Virus record (IMG/VR): IMGVR_UViG_2920580016_000003
Coordinates: 12,918 to 76,917 of that record
Length of the DNA stretch: 64,000 bases
Source: a virus
Lineage: Duplodnaviria > Caudoviricetes
Direction: 5' to 3' (one strand)
The notes under the pieces were generated by a model. The model made no database searches and was not told the origin of the DNA. It was given only the letters and a program-made list of their open reading frames with translations. The position numbers were made by a program, and so were the translations under genes. Below, in pieces: positions 1-9,558 of this stretch. The stretch's first letter is position 1, and each line of letters begins with the position of its first letter.

Positions 1-180
1 TGGCACCCCACCGGCAGCCACGGCCAACGGATGCTCGCCCGCTACCAGCAGCTCACCAGCCTCCGGCCGCCGCTCAGCATCGCCCGCATCGCGTTCGAAC
101 TCGGCGTGTCCGAACGGCAAGTCCAACGCTACGCATCCGCGACACGAGCCACCGGCGCCATCTCGGAGGTGGCGGCTTGA
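1..180 (+). CDS. HTH DNA-binding protein, 5' partial
   Basis: Frame 1 open from base 1 to TGA at 178-180; ...LSIARIAFELGVSERQVQRY is HTH-like. Confidence 0.6.
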   Translation, partial: WHPTGSHGQRMLARYQQLTSLRPPLSIARIAFELGVSERQVQRYASATRATGAISEVAA

Positions 181-644
181 GCGGACGACCCCGGCCCATC
201 ATCTGCCTCGACTGCGAACAGCGCGGCTTCCACGGCGGCCGCGGCCTATGCAACGCCTGCTACAGCCACCACACCCGGATGGGCACGCTGCACAAGTGGC
301 CGACCGTGCGCGGCAACACCGCCTGGCAAAACAGCCACCTCCTCGAACCACTACCGCCGCCCCACCCAGAAGAGCCGGAGCCGGCTCACCACAGCGGCGA
401 CACCACCTGGGAGGCGCGCAGCGCATGCCGAGGCGCCGACGGCGAAATCTGGTTCCCCATTTCCGAGACCGGCGACAATCCGCAGGTCAAAGTCGCCAGA
501 CGCATCTGCCGCGGCTGCCCCGTCCGCGAAGCCTGCCTCAACTACGCGCTCACCACCCGGCAGGCGCACGGCATCTGGGGCGGCCTCACCTCGCCAGAGC
601 GGCGCCAACTCGAACTCCGCCAAGCCGAAAGGGCAACGGCATGA
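177..644 (+). CDS. whiB: WhiB-family transcription factor with extra N-terminal Cys-rich domain
   Basis: WEARSAC...ICRGCPVREAC...GIWGGLTSPERR; N-terminal CLDC...GLCNACY. Confidence 0.9.
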   Translation: MSGRPRPIICLDCEQRGFHGGRGLCNACYSHHTRMGTLHKWPTVRGNTAWQNSHLLEPLPPPHPEEPEPAHHSGDTTWEARSACRGADGEIWFPISETGDNPQVKVARRICRGCPVREACLNYALTTRQAHGIWGGLTSPERRQLELRQAERATA

Positions 645-997
645 CCACCACCACGACCTACGACCTGTGGCAGCACGTCACCACCGCACTCGACTGGCTG
701 GACGCCGCCAACGGCCGCAGCGAGCACGCGACCACCATGCAAATCCTGAAGATCACAGAGGAGGCTGGTGAGGTGGCCGCCGCCTACATCGGCATGACCG
801 GCCAGAACCCGCGCAAGGGCGTCACCCACACCCGCGAGGACGTCGCGGGGGAGTTGTGCGACGTCGTCATCACCGCACTCGTCGCACTCGCCGCCATCAC
901 CGGCAGCACCGCCGACGCCCAGGCGGCACTCGACCGGCACCTCGCCCGCCGCAGACCCCGATTGGCCGCCCTCCTCGCCGAAGGAGTCACCGCGTGA
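641..997 (+). CDS. MazG-like nucleotide pyrophosphohydrolase
   Basis: ATG at 641 overlapping whiB stop; KITEEAGEVAAAYIG...GELCDVVITALVAL (EExxE...ExxD pattern). Confidence 0.85.
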   Translation: MTTTTTYDLWQHVTTALDWLDAANGRSEHATTMQILKITEEAGEVAAAYIGMTGQNPRKGVTHTREDVAGELCDVVITALVALAAITGSTADAQAALDRHLARRRPRLAALLAEGVTA

Positions 998-1245
998 ACA
1001 CCGCGACCACCGATATCGCCGCGACCCGCACCGGGTGGCGGGCATGGATGAGCTGGATCCGCCCCTGGTACATCGGCGCCGTCATCGGCGGCGACATCGA
1101 GGGCCACATCTACCCCGACTGCGAACGCCTCCTGCGCATCGAATCCGAGCCGCGGGAAGGCGCCGGCTGGCTCGACCCCGCACAGGGCCCTGTCTGCGAC
1201 CCGTGCAAGGCGCGCCACAACGTCGGAGAGGAGCGGCCCGCATGA
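994..1245 (+). CDS. Hypothetical phage protein
   Basis: GTG overlapping upstream TGA; coupled to the next gene. Confidence 0.6.
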   Translation: MNTATTDIAATRTGWRAWMSWIRPWYIGAVIGGDIEGHIYPDCERLLRIESEPREGAGWLDPAQGPVCDPCKARHNVGEERPA

Positions 1246-2339
1246 AAATCTCTGTGGAACCCAGCCTGTTCGCCGACCTCGTAGCCCGCGCCGGGCACCA
1301 CACATCCGGCCCCATCGAACCCGTTCTCGCCGGGCTGCTCCTCGAAGCCGACGGCGCCACCATGACGGTGTCGGCGTTCAACCGCGAATCCTCGTTCCGC
1401 GCCACCATGCCGGCCGAAGTCGCCGAACCTGGGAAGACACTGCTGCCCGGCCGCCTCCTAGCCGACGCCGCCAAAGGGTTGGCGAAGCGCCACGACTTCC
1501 TGCAGATGGCGTCCACCACAGCCGAGACGACGATCACCTGCGGCAGCGCGGTGATGACGATCCGGGCGCTACCCGCCGACGACTTCCCAGCACTGCCCCA
1601 GCCAGCCGCCGCCGTCGGCACGGTGGACGCCGCGGATCTGCGCGACGCCGTTTCCCAGGTGGCGCCCGCCTGCAAACCGGAAAAACCGGTGAAGCCGGAG
1701 CACGCCGTCGTGCGGATGGACATCGACGGCGACGAGATCACGTGGGTGGGTGCAGACAACTATCGGATGGCCACCCGTATCACGCCGTGGAACCCCGGCA
1801 CCCCGGACGCCCGGCTGGCGGCGCATGTGCCAGTGCGCGCCTTCCGCGACATGGTGAAGGACTTCGGCAAAGGCTCGGTGACGCTCGGCGTGAGCGACAC
1901 CCTCGTCTCTCTCGCCAGCGCTGAGCAGACGGTGACGATCGGCCAGTATCAGATCGACGAATACACCGACTACAAGCCGCGCCTCGCCAAACCCCTCCCC
2001 ACCACCGTCACAGTGGAGACGGAGGCGCTGCTCGAGGCCGTGAAACGCGTCGTGCTGTTCGCGGAAAACCAGGACGTCACCCTCGACATCGGGCCAGACG
2101 AAATCAGCGTCCACGCCGGCGACATCGCAGGCGTCGGCCGCGGCGCCGACACCGTGCCATGCGAAGTGGGCGGCGACACGATGACGCTCCGCTTCCAGCC
2201 GCCATTCCTCATCGACGGACTCGAAGGCGTCCACACGGAAAAGACCGTGATCGGCATGACGGCGCCCGGCCGCTACATCCTCATCTCATCCACCGACCAA
2301 GCGTTCAAGTATCTAGCCGTGCCGTTGAGAGCGCGATGA
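1242..2339 (+). CDS. dnaN: DNA polymerase III beta sliding clamp
   Basis: MKISVEP..., PVLAGLLLEA, VAEPGKTLLPGRLLAD, DDFPALP, ADNYRMA, RFQPPFLIDGL, YLAVPLR; ~365 aa. Confidence 0.9.
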   Translation: MKISVEPSLFADLVARAGHHTSGPIEPVLAGLLLEADGATMTVSAFNRESSFRATMPAEVAEPGKTLLPGRLLADAAKGLAKRHDFLQMASTTAETTITCGSAVMTIRALPADDFPALPQPAAAVGTVDAADLRDAVSQVAPACKPEKPVKPEHAVVRMDIDGDEITWVGADNYRMATRITPWNPGTPDARLAAHVPVRAFRDMVKDFGKGSVTLGVSDTLVSLASAEQTVTIGQYQIDEYTDYKPRLAKPLPTTVTVETEALLEAVKRVVLFAENQDVTLDIGPDEISVHAGDIAGVGRGADTVPCEVGGDTMTLRFQPPFLIDGLEGVHTEKTVIGMTAPGRYILISSTDQAFKYLAVPLRAR

Positions 2340-2833
2340 ACAGGATCACCCTCGAAGAACTCGAGCGACCGTGCACCCGGTGTGGACACCTGCGGGCCGT
2401 CCACACCGGCGGCGCCAACGCGTGGGGTCGACTCGATCGACAAGTTGCTGCCAACCCCGACGACGCGCAATGGAGCGGGCAACAAGGTGAACAACCACGG
2501 GGACCTGCTCCTGCCAGGAGTGGCGGAGGCCATATCGACTGGGGCCCTTACGGGCTCGCGATCCGCCGCTGGGAAGCGGCGTCCGGCCGGCGAGCACCCC
2601 GACCAACCCAGCCTGGACGATCTGGACGCGATCAGCTAGCGCCCGCCTTCTCCGAATGGATGATGGGCCTCCCTGAAGGCCATGTCACCGGCATCCCCCG
2701 TCCTGACGGGATGAGCCTGGCCGGCTACCGCAACGCCCAACTGAAGGTGATCGGCGGAGGCGTGGTGCCGGCCCAGGCGGCGTACGCGCTGCGTATCCTC
2801 CTCGCCCGCGCAAGCCTGGAGGTGACGGAGTGA
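2336..2833 (+). CDS. Stand-alone C-terminal (motif IX-X) fragment of a C5 DNA methyltransferase
   Basis: DWGPYGLAIRRWE...LAPAFSEWMMGLPEGHVT...RNAQLKVIGGGVVPAQA; no motifs I-VIII. Confidence 0.7.
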   Translation: MNRITLEELERPCTRCGHLRAVHTGGANAWGRLDRQVAANPDDAQWSGQQGEQPRGPAPARSGGGHIDWGPYGLAIRRWEAASGRRAPRPTQPGRSGRDQLAPAFSEWMMGLPEGHVTGIPRPDGMSLAGYRNAQLKVIGGGVVPAQAAYALRILLARASLEVTE

Positions 2834-3882
2834 TCATTGACCTGTTCGCGGGCCCTGGCGGCTGGGACATCGGGGCGACCCGGCTCGGATTCGAAGTGAC
2901 CGGCATCGAACGCGACCACTCAGCATGCGAGACCCGCCGAGCCGTCGGCCTGGCAACCGTCGAAGGCGACGTCCGCCACTACGGGCCGGCCGACTTCCCC
3001 GAAGCGTCCGACCTCATCGGCTCCCCGCCATGCCAGCCGTACTCGGTCGGCGGCAAGGGGCGAGGCCGGGCCGCCCTCGACACCGTCCTCGCCCTAGCCG
3101 CCCATCTCGCCTCCCGGCAGAACATCACCCAGGCCCTCGCCGGCTTCGACGACGATCGGACCGGCCTGGTACTCGAACCGCTGCGATGGGCCCTGGAGGC
3201 GATCGACGCCGGGCGCCCCTACAAGACGGTGCTGCTGGAGCAGGTATCAACCGTGCTCCCCGTATGGGAAGCATTCGCCCGCATCCTGCGGGCGGAAGGC
3301 TACAGCGTCGCAACCGGGCGGCTGTCCGCCGAAGAGTACGGCGTACCGCAGACCCGCGTCCGGGCGTTCCTAGCCGCATCCCTGTCCGGGAAGGCGCGAC
3401 TGCCGGAGCCGACCCACCACCGCTACCGCAAGGACGCCGTCCAAGGCCAAGAAGCTCTCTGGCTCCGCCCGTGGATATCCATGGCCGACGCGATCGGCTG
3501 GGGCATGACCGCCCGCCCCGCGTTGACCATCGCCGTCGGCACCGCCGCAGGAGGACCCGACCCGTCATGCGTCGGCGGATCCGGCGCCCGCGCCACCCTC
3601 TACGGCGAGCGCGACGCAGGCCGCTGGATCGACTGCACCCGCATCGTCGACGCCGACGATCTGCCCGCCTACCGGGGCGGGCGCCGCGACACCATCCGCC
3701 TCTCCGTCCAGGACGCCGCGATCCTCCAAACCTTTCCCGCCGACCACCCCTGGCAGGGGAGCCGGACCAAGCAGCTCGAACAGATCGGCAACGCGGTTCC
3801 GCCGCTGCTGGCCATGCATGTCGTCGCCGCGGCGACAGGACTCGATCTGCCCGCCCACATGCGTCAGGAGGCTGCGGCATGA
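2830..3882 (+). CDS. DNA (cytosine-5) methyltransferase
   Basis: Motif I DLFAGPGGW, IV GSPPCQPYS, VI LEQV, VIII YGVPQTRVR, IX LSVQDAAILQTFP, X QIGNAVPP. Confidence 0.93.
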   Translation: MIIDLFAGPGGWDIGATRLGFEVTGIERDHSACETRRAVGLATVEGDVRHYGPADFPEASDLIGSPPCQPYSVGGKGRGRAALDTVLALAAHLASRQNITQALAGFDDDRTGLVLEPLRWALEAIDAGRPYKTVLLEQVSTVLPVWEAFARILRAEGYSVATGRLSAEEYGVPQTRVRAFLAASLSGKARLPEPTHHRYRKDAVQGQEALWLRPWISMADAIGWGMTARPALTIAVGTAAGGPDPSCVGGSGARATLYGERDAGRWIDCTRIVDADDLPAYRGGRRDTIRLSVQDAAILQTFPADHPWQGSRTKQLEQIGNAVPPLLAMHVVAAATGLDLPAHMRQEAAA

Positions 3883-4175
3883 GCAAGAACCTCACCTTGC
3901 AGGACCTGCTCGACCGCGGTGTTTCTTACCGCCGAATAGATCACTGGACGCGTAAGGGCTGGTTGCAGCCCGCCCATCAGGGCGGCACCGGTCACAACCG
4001 CGAATGGCCCCAGCACGAGTTGCAGGTCGCCGACCTGATGGGCCGCCTCGTCGACGCCGGCATCGCCGTCGACGTCGCCGCGCTCGCCGCCCGCGCCCAC
4101 ATCAACGGACGAAAGCGGATCCGACTCGCGTACGGGATCACCCTCACCATCGACACCGCGGAGGCATCGAGGTGA
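3879..4175 (+). CDS. MerR-like HTH protein
   Basis: GVSYRRIDHWTRKGWLQP...GTGHNREW; ATG at 3879 overlapping upstream stop. Confidence 0.7.
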   Translation: MSKNLTLQDLLDRGVSYRRIDHWTRKGWLQPAHQGGTGHNREWPQHELQVADLMGRLVDAGIAVDVAALAARAHINGRKRIRLAYGITLTIDTAEASR

Positions 4176-5410
4176 CCGTCACCATCATCCGCGGCGACGC
4201 CCGCGCGCTCCCGCTCCCCGACAACTCCGTGGATTTGATCTGCACGTCGCCGCCGTACTGGGGGCTACGGGACTACCGCGACGGCGACCAGTCCCTGCCT
4301 GGCCAGATTGGCAACGAGCCCACTCCGTGGGAGTACCTCGAAGCACTGTGGGAGTGCACCCGCGAGTGGATGCGGGTCCTCAAGCCGGAGGGCAGCCTCT
4401 TTGTGGTGCTCGGCGACAAGTACGCCACCCGCTGGTCCTCCCGCTCCGAAGGCGCAGGACTGCACCACAGCCGAGGCCGCGACGCCCGCGGCGGCCGAAA
4501 CACCACCGGCGTCCCCGGCAAGAGCCTCATCGGGCTGCCTTGGCGATACGCGCTCGGCTGTGTCGACCAGCTCGAGCTGATCCTGCGCGCCGAAATCGTG
4601 TGGGAGAAAGTCTCTGCGTTGCCGGAGAGCGTGACCGACCGAGTACGACGCGCCCACGAGCAGATCTTCCACTTCACCTCGAGGCCTCGCTACTACTCCG
4701 CCGTGGACGAAATCCGAGAGCCGCATCGTATGAAGCCGCAGCGACGACCGAACGGCCACAAGCAGCGCCAGCAGCTCGGCGTACTGCCCGCGCAGACATA
4801 CTCCACCAGCCAGCGCGACGAGGTCGGCGTCGATGGGCACCCGCTCGGCGCACTTCCCGGCAGCGTGTGGAATGTCGCCGCCCAACCCCTCAAGGTGCCC
4901 GAACACCTCGGCGTCGACCACTACGCGGCGTTCCCGATGGAGTTCCCGCGGCGCATCATCCGCGGCTGGTCCCCGCCCGGCATCTGCACCGCCTGCGGCG
5001 AAGGGCGACGCCCTGTTGCCGATCGCAAGCCGATGATCTGGCGCGAATCGCCCACCATCGCCGGCCGCACCAACGGCAGGTCATATAAGCCTGCGTCCGG
5101 CACCATGCTCGCGCCCGCGGAAACCCGGATCACCGGCTACGCCTGCGCATGCCCCACACCCGACGCACCCACCCGACCCGCGGTCATCGTTGATCCGTTT
5201 GGCGGGACCGGCACCACAGCTTTGATCGCCGACCTGTACGGCCGGCACGGCATCAGCGTCGACCGCTCGCTCGACTACTGCCGCATCGCCCAATGGCGCA
5301 CCCAGGATCCGGGCGAACGTGCTCGAGGCCTCAAGCAGCCCAAGCCGAAGCCCGATCCCAGACAGCACGAGGATCAGCCAGCGCTGTGGGATGACGAGGC
5401 GATCGCATGA
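4172..5410 (+). CDS. DNA N4-cytosine/N6-adenine methyltransferase (beta class)
   Basis: Motif IV TSPPY near N-terminus, HYAAFP, motif I DPFGGTGTT near C-terminus; CTAC...CAC insert. Confidence 0.92.
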   Translation: MTVTIIRGDARALPLPDNSVDLICTSPPYWGLRDYRDGDQSLPGQIGNEPTPWEYLEALWECTREWMRVLKPEGSLFVVLGDKYATRWSSRSEGAGLHHSRGRDARGGRNTTGVPGKSLIGLPWRYALGCVDQLELILRAEIVWEKVSALPESVTDRVRRAHEQIFHFTSRPRYYSAVDEIREPHRMKPQRRPNGHKQRQQLGVLPAQTYSTSQRDEVGVDGHPLGALPGSVWNVAAQPLKVPEHLGVDHYAAFPMEFPRRIIRGWSPPGICTACGEGRRPVADRKPMIWRESPTIAGRTNGRSYKPASGTMLAPAETRITGYACACPTPDAPTRPAVIVDPFGGTGTTALIADLYGRHGISVDRSLDYCRIAQWRTQDPGERARGLKQPKPKPDPRQHEDQPALWDDEAIA

Positions 5411-5422
5411 GCGGGGACACCG

Positions 5423-5617
5423 ATGCCCTGGATCAGCCGCTGCTCGACCTGCCGGCGGCCCGCCACCCGCACCATCACCGGCCGAGTCCGCGGCAAAAGC
5501 CTCTACAGCGCTCTCTCCTGCGACGACTGCGCACCCAAACACCGCGCCCTCGCACAGAAAGCAGGGCCCGTCGTAGAGGAGCCGCTCAAGGGGCGAGCCC
5601 AAGACCCCCTGTTCTGA
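5423..5617 (+). CDS. Small Zn-finger-like hypothetical protein
   Basis: CSTC...CDDC; an alternative frame 5407-5625 also exists. Confidence 0.45.
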   Translation: MPWISRCSTCRRPATRTITGRVRGKSLYSALSCDDCAPKHRALAQKAGPVVEEPLKGRAQDPLF

Positions 5618-5779
5618 GGCGCTGAACCCTCGCGCACCACCCAAGACCTCCCGCCCGCAGCTCCACCCGAGAACGATCCAGGGGGACCGGTTGAACGCCT
5701 CCCAGCAGGACCCAGAACCACCAGCGGCACGCCGCCGCGCCGCCGGGGCCCCACACGCCACCAAACCGCCGGAGGCGCC

Positions 5780-8329
5780 GTGAGCGCCCTCCGCGAATCC
5801 GCGCGCGCAGCCCTCACCGCAGGGCTGTGCATCATCCCCGCCGCGGCCAACGGCACCAAACAGCCCTGGCCCGACGGTCCCCGCTGGAAGACCTACGAAA
5901 CCCAGCAGCCCACCAGCGAACAGATCGAGCGCTGGTTCGCCAACGGCCGCTACGACGGGTTCGGCATCGTCTGCGGACGCATCTCCGGCAACCTCGAAAT
6001 GCTCGAATTCGAAGGGCGCGCCGTCACCGAAGGGCTCGTCGCCGAAGCCGCCGAAATCGCCGAAGCATCAGGGCTCGGCGACCTCTGGCGGACCGTGTTC
6101 AACGGCTACCGCGAAACCACACCGTCCGGCGGCATCCACCTGCTCTACCGGGTCGCCGGACCGGTCGCCGGCAACGTCAAACTCGCCGAACGCCCCTCCA
6201 CACCCGACGAATTCACCGCCTACAAGCAGCGCGAACAAGCCAAAATCGACGCCATCAAGGACCCTGCCGCCCGGGCGCGGCGGCAGCGCGGCCTCGACAA
6301 CATCACCCGCTGCGAGCAGGTGCCGCAAACACTCATCGAAACCCGCGGCGAAGGCGGATTCGTCATCATCGCCCCCTCCGCGGGCCGCACCCACCCCAGC
6401 GGGCGAGGCTGGACGCTCGAGGCCGGCGGGTACATGAGCATCCCGCTCATCTCCCCTGAAGACCGCGACGCCCTCCACCACCTGACCGGCGCACTCAACC
6501 AGATGCCGCCCGAAGAGGAGGAGATCAGCCAGCAGGTTGCGCCCCGCCGCCCCGCAACCGACCGGGTCAACGGATCAGATGGGCTACGGCCCGGCGACGA
6601 CTACAACCAGCGCGCCACCTGGGATGACACCCTTATCGACCGGCTCGGCTGGACGAAGGTCTACTGGCGGGGCGGCACCACCTACTGGCGGCGGGCCGGC
6701 AAAGACCGCGGCGTCTCCGCGACCACCGGCCGCACCGGCGCCGACAACTTGTACGTTTTCTCCACGAGCACGATCTTCGAGCCGCGCAAGCCGTACAGCA
6801 AGTTCGCCGCGTACACGCTCGTCACCGAAGGCGCTACCAGCCAGGCCAGCTTCAGCGCCGCGGCGAAATCGCTACGCGCCGAAGGCTACGGCAGCCCTCT
6901 CACCGACCGGGCACCCCGGCCCGCCCCCGCCGCCGTCGAGATGAGCGTCGACGACCTGCCGCCGCATCCCGCCGACGACCCCGCAACCGAGCCCCACGAC
7001 GATGGATGGGAGGCGCCGCCAGCGCGCCGCCGCGGACTCCTCCCCGACGACTTCTGGGACGCACGCCCCACCCTCCGCCACATCCGGCAAGCAGCCCACG
7101 CCCGCGCCCGCTCCGGCGACATCGTCCTCGGCGGCATGCTCGCCCGCCTCTCCAGCCTCCTGCCGCCCGAACTCCGCGCAGACACCGGCGTCGGCTCACC
7201 CGCCAGCATGAACATGTTCGTCATCCTGCTCGGCGCCTCCGGCTCCGGAAAGAGCTCCGCTGCGTGGATCCCCCGCAAACTCCTGCCCTGCCCGCCCCGC
7301 ATCGACTTCCTCGACGAACTCCCGCTCGGATCCGGCGAAGGCATCGCCGAGGCATACATGGGCGAGCAGCAGGTCGAAACCGACGAGGTGTACCGGAGCG
7401 GCCCCCGCAAAGGCGAACGCAAAACCGAGACCGTGCGTATGCAGGTGCGGCACAACGCCCTCTTCTACGCCGACGAAGGCGAATCCCTCACCAAGCAGCT
7501 GTTCGGCAGGCTGGGCGCCACCGTCGGCGAATCACTGCGCCGCGCGTGGACCGGCGGCACCATCGGCCAGTTCAACGGTCACAAGGTCAACACCCGGGTC
7601 ATCGAATCCGGCACCTACTCGCTGGGCATGGTCGTCGGTTTTCAGCCCGAGACCGCGCTGCCCCTCCTCGAGGACGCGCCCGCCGGTACGCCGCAACGGT
7701 TTCTGTGGTGTTCCTCCACCGACCCGTCCATACCCGAGGACGTCGTCGAAGAGCCCGGCCCACTCGACCTCGAGCTGATCCGGCGCGGCTTCGGCATCGA
7801 CCCCAAGATTTCGTTCGCGACGCCGCTGCTGCGGCAGATCAGGGCCGAGGACCGCGCCCGGGCGACCGGCGAACTCACGCTGCCGCCGCTCGACTCGCAC
7901 AAGCCGCTCATGCTCGTCAAGCTCAGCGTGCTGCTCGCCATCCTCGACAACCGGCTCGACGTCACAGCCGAGGACTGGCAGCTCGCCGAGCAAATGTGGG
8001 CGACGTCGTGCGAACTGCGGGACGCGCTGCTCGAGCATGCCGCGCGGCAGGCGGCCGAGGAGCACGAGAAGCGCACCAAGCTGCACATCGACCGGGAGCT
8101 TCGGGCGCACACGGCGAAGGCGAACTCTGACCGCAACGTCGAGCGGGTCGCCCGGCGTGCCGCCAAGAGGGTACACGAGGCCGAAGGCATGACGCGGGGC
8201 GCGCTCGCGAAGGCGATCGCCTACCGCGACCGTGATCTGTTGCCTGCGGCGCTGAATCTTGCTGAGGCGCTGGGGTGGATTTCCTGCGACGGCGACCAGG
8301 TGTCGCCGGGAGATGCGAGGCCGTCATGA
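5780..8329 (+). CDS. Bifunctional primase-polymerase fused to P-loop helicase-like domain
   Basis: Prim-Pol motifs GFGIVCGRISGNLEMLEFE, TPSGGIHLLYR, IETRGEGGFVIIAPS; Walker A GASGSGKS, Walker B FYADEGE. Confidence 0.88.
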   Translation: MSALRESARAALTAGLCIIPAAANGTKQPWPDGPRWKTYETQQPTSEQIERWFANGRYDGFGIVCGRISGNLEMLEFEGRAVTEGLVAEAAEIAEASGLGDLWRTVFNGYRETTPSGGIHLLYRVAGPVAGNVKLAERPSTPDEFTAYKQREQAKIDAIKDPAARARRQRGLDNITRCEQVPQTLIETRGEGGFVIIAPSAGRTHPSGRGWTLEAGGYMSIPLISPEDRDALHHLTGALNQMPPEEEEISQQVAPRRPATDRVNGSDGLRPGDDYNQRATWDDTLIDRLGWTKVYWRGGTTYWRRAGKDRGVSATTGRTGADNLYVFSTSTIFEPRKPYSKFAAYTLVTEGATSQASFSAAAKSLRAEGYGSPLTDRAPRPAPAAVEMSVDDLPPHPADDPATEPHDDGWEAPPARRRGLLPDDFWDARPTLRHIRQAAHARARSGDIVLGGMLARLSSLLPPELRADTGVGSPASMNMFVILLGASGSGKSSAAWIPRKLLPCPPRIDFLDELPLGSGEGIAEAYMGEQQVETDEVYRSGPRKGERKTETVRMQVRHNALFYADEGESLTKQLFGRLGATVGESLRRAWTGGTIGQFNGHKVNTRVIESGTYSLGMVVGFQPETALPLLEDAPAGTPQRFLWCSSTDPSIPEDVVEEPGPLDLELIRRGFGIDPKISFATPLLRQIRAEDRARATGELTLPPLDSHKPLMLVKLSVLLAILDNRLDVTAEDWQLAEQMWATSCELRDALLEHAARQAAEEHEKRTKLHIDRELRAHTAKANSDRNVERVARRAAKRVHEAEGMTRGALAKAIAYRDRDLLPAALNLAEALGWISCDGDQVSPGDARPS

Positions 8330-8343
8330 TGTCCGTTTTGTCG

Positions 8344-8528
8344 GTGTACACGGGGCGGCGTACACCCCCGAAATCGGGTGTACACGTGTACATGTACACG
8401 GGGTCTGGCATACCCCAAACGCGCGAAGCACATTTTGAAACTCATAATTGCAGGTCAGGGGTTTTAGTAGGTTTGCAGCGAGTCTTTTTTTCGCGCCGAA
8501 CCCGATGTACACCTACACCTTGTACACC
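8344..8528. repeat. Candidate replication origin: TACAC iterons flanking an AT-rich core
   Basis: Seven exact TACAC copies (8347, 8361, 8381, 8395, 8508, 8514, 8523), palindromic GTGTACAC at 8344 and 8378, AT-rich 8431-8491, directly after the Prim-Pol gene. Confidence 0.6.
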
Positions 8529-8549
8529 TTCGCGTAGGCGGCCCGTCTG

Positions 8550-8999
8550 ATGGGCCGCCGACGCACCGCACTCCTCGACGCGCAGCCGTCCCTCTGGGGT
8601 GACGAGCCGACACCGTTCGCGGACGTGGCACCTCCCTCAAAGCCGGCCGCAAAGTCGGCACCACGACGGCGCCGCAACCACATGCTCGGCCTGCCCCGAC
8701 CATGGCCCCAGCACATCCCCTGCGCCATGACCTGCCTCACCTGCGGTCAGATCGAAGGCGCCGGCATCTGCCCCGACGGATGCGCCATCGTCTGCGGCCG
8801 CCCACCCCGCACCGGCCCCGTCGAAGTCTGCCTGCTCACCCTCGTGCTGCCAGCCCGGGTCATCGGCGGCCGCGCCGTCGTTCTGTGTCCGCACTGCGAC
8901 GGCACGCACTGGCACCAACCGTCGCCTGGCCGCCGGTATCGGGTCGGCCAGTGCCGCCAGCCCTACATCGTCCACCTCAACGAAGAGAGCACCCCGTGA
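8550..8999 (+). CDS. Cys-rich hypothetical protein
   Basis: CLTC, CPDGC, CPHC motifs; coupled to the next gene. Confidence 0.55.
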   Translation: MGRRRTALLDAQPSLWGDEPTPFADVAPPSKPAAKSAPRRRRNHMLGLPRPWPQHIPCAMTCLTCGQIEGAGICPDGCAIVCGRPPRTGPVEVCLLTLVLPARVIGGRAVVLCPHCDGTHWHQPSPGRRYRVGQCRQPYIVHLNEESTP

Positions 9000-9388
9000 T
9001 CCGAGACAACCGCTTCCTCGTCTCGCGGCGGCCGTACGCCGTCGACCTGTCCAGCCTGCGAGGCACGCTGGAGCCCCGCCACGACGGAACCACCTACTAC
9101 CGCGGCCGGATCGACGCCGTCTGGTACCGCCGACGCCGCGGCGTCACCGTCGCCTGCATCGGCACCCTGTGGGACTCCCAAGACGAGCAACCCGCCGACG
9201 CCGTGCAGTTCCTCGAACGGCACACCGACGGCCGGTACGGCGGCGACTGCGACGGACGCTGGGACGGCACCTCCTACTGGGGCAACAGCACACTCGAGCA
9301 GCAACACCAGCACCTCGCCGTCCTGCGGCCGATGCTCGCCAACTACCCGGAACTCCCGCCCGGCTGGGACGGGTGGTGGCGGTTCTGA
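8996..9388 (+). CDS. Hypothetical phage protein
   Basis: GTG at 8996 overlapping upstream TGA; GC3-biased codons. Confidence 0.65.
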   Translation: MIRDNRFLVSRRPYAVDLSSLRGTLEPRHDGTTYYRGRIDAVWYRRRRGVTVACIGTLWDSQDEQPADAVQFLERHTDGRYGGDCDGRWDGTSYWGNSTLEQQHQHLAVLRPMLANYPELPPGWDGWWRF

Positions 9389-9558
9389 TGCTCCGCATCT
9401 TCTGGCCGCGGCTACTCCGCCTCCTCACCCGCAACCGCCACGTCCCCCTCGACGCCGAACTCCGCGCCCGCTACGGCACCTGGGGCTGGCTCACAGGCGA
9501 AGGCATGTGGAAGCCCACCACCCCGAAAGGACAGTTCGATGACGACTCCCACCGATGA
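9388..9558 (+). CDS. Small hypothetical protein
   Basis: TGATG coupling at 9386-9390. Confidence 0.45.
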   Translation: MLRIFWPRLLRLLTRNRHVPLDAELRARYGTWGWLTGEGMWKPTTPKGQFDDDSHR

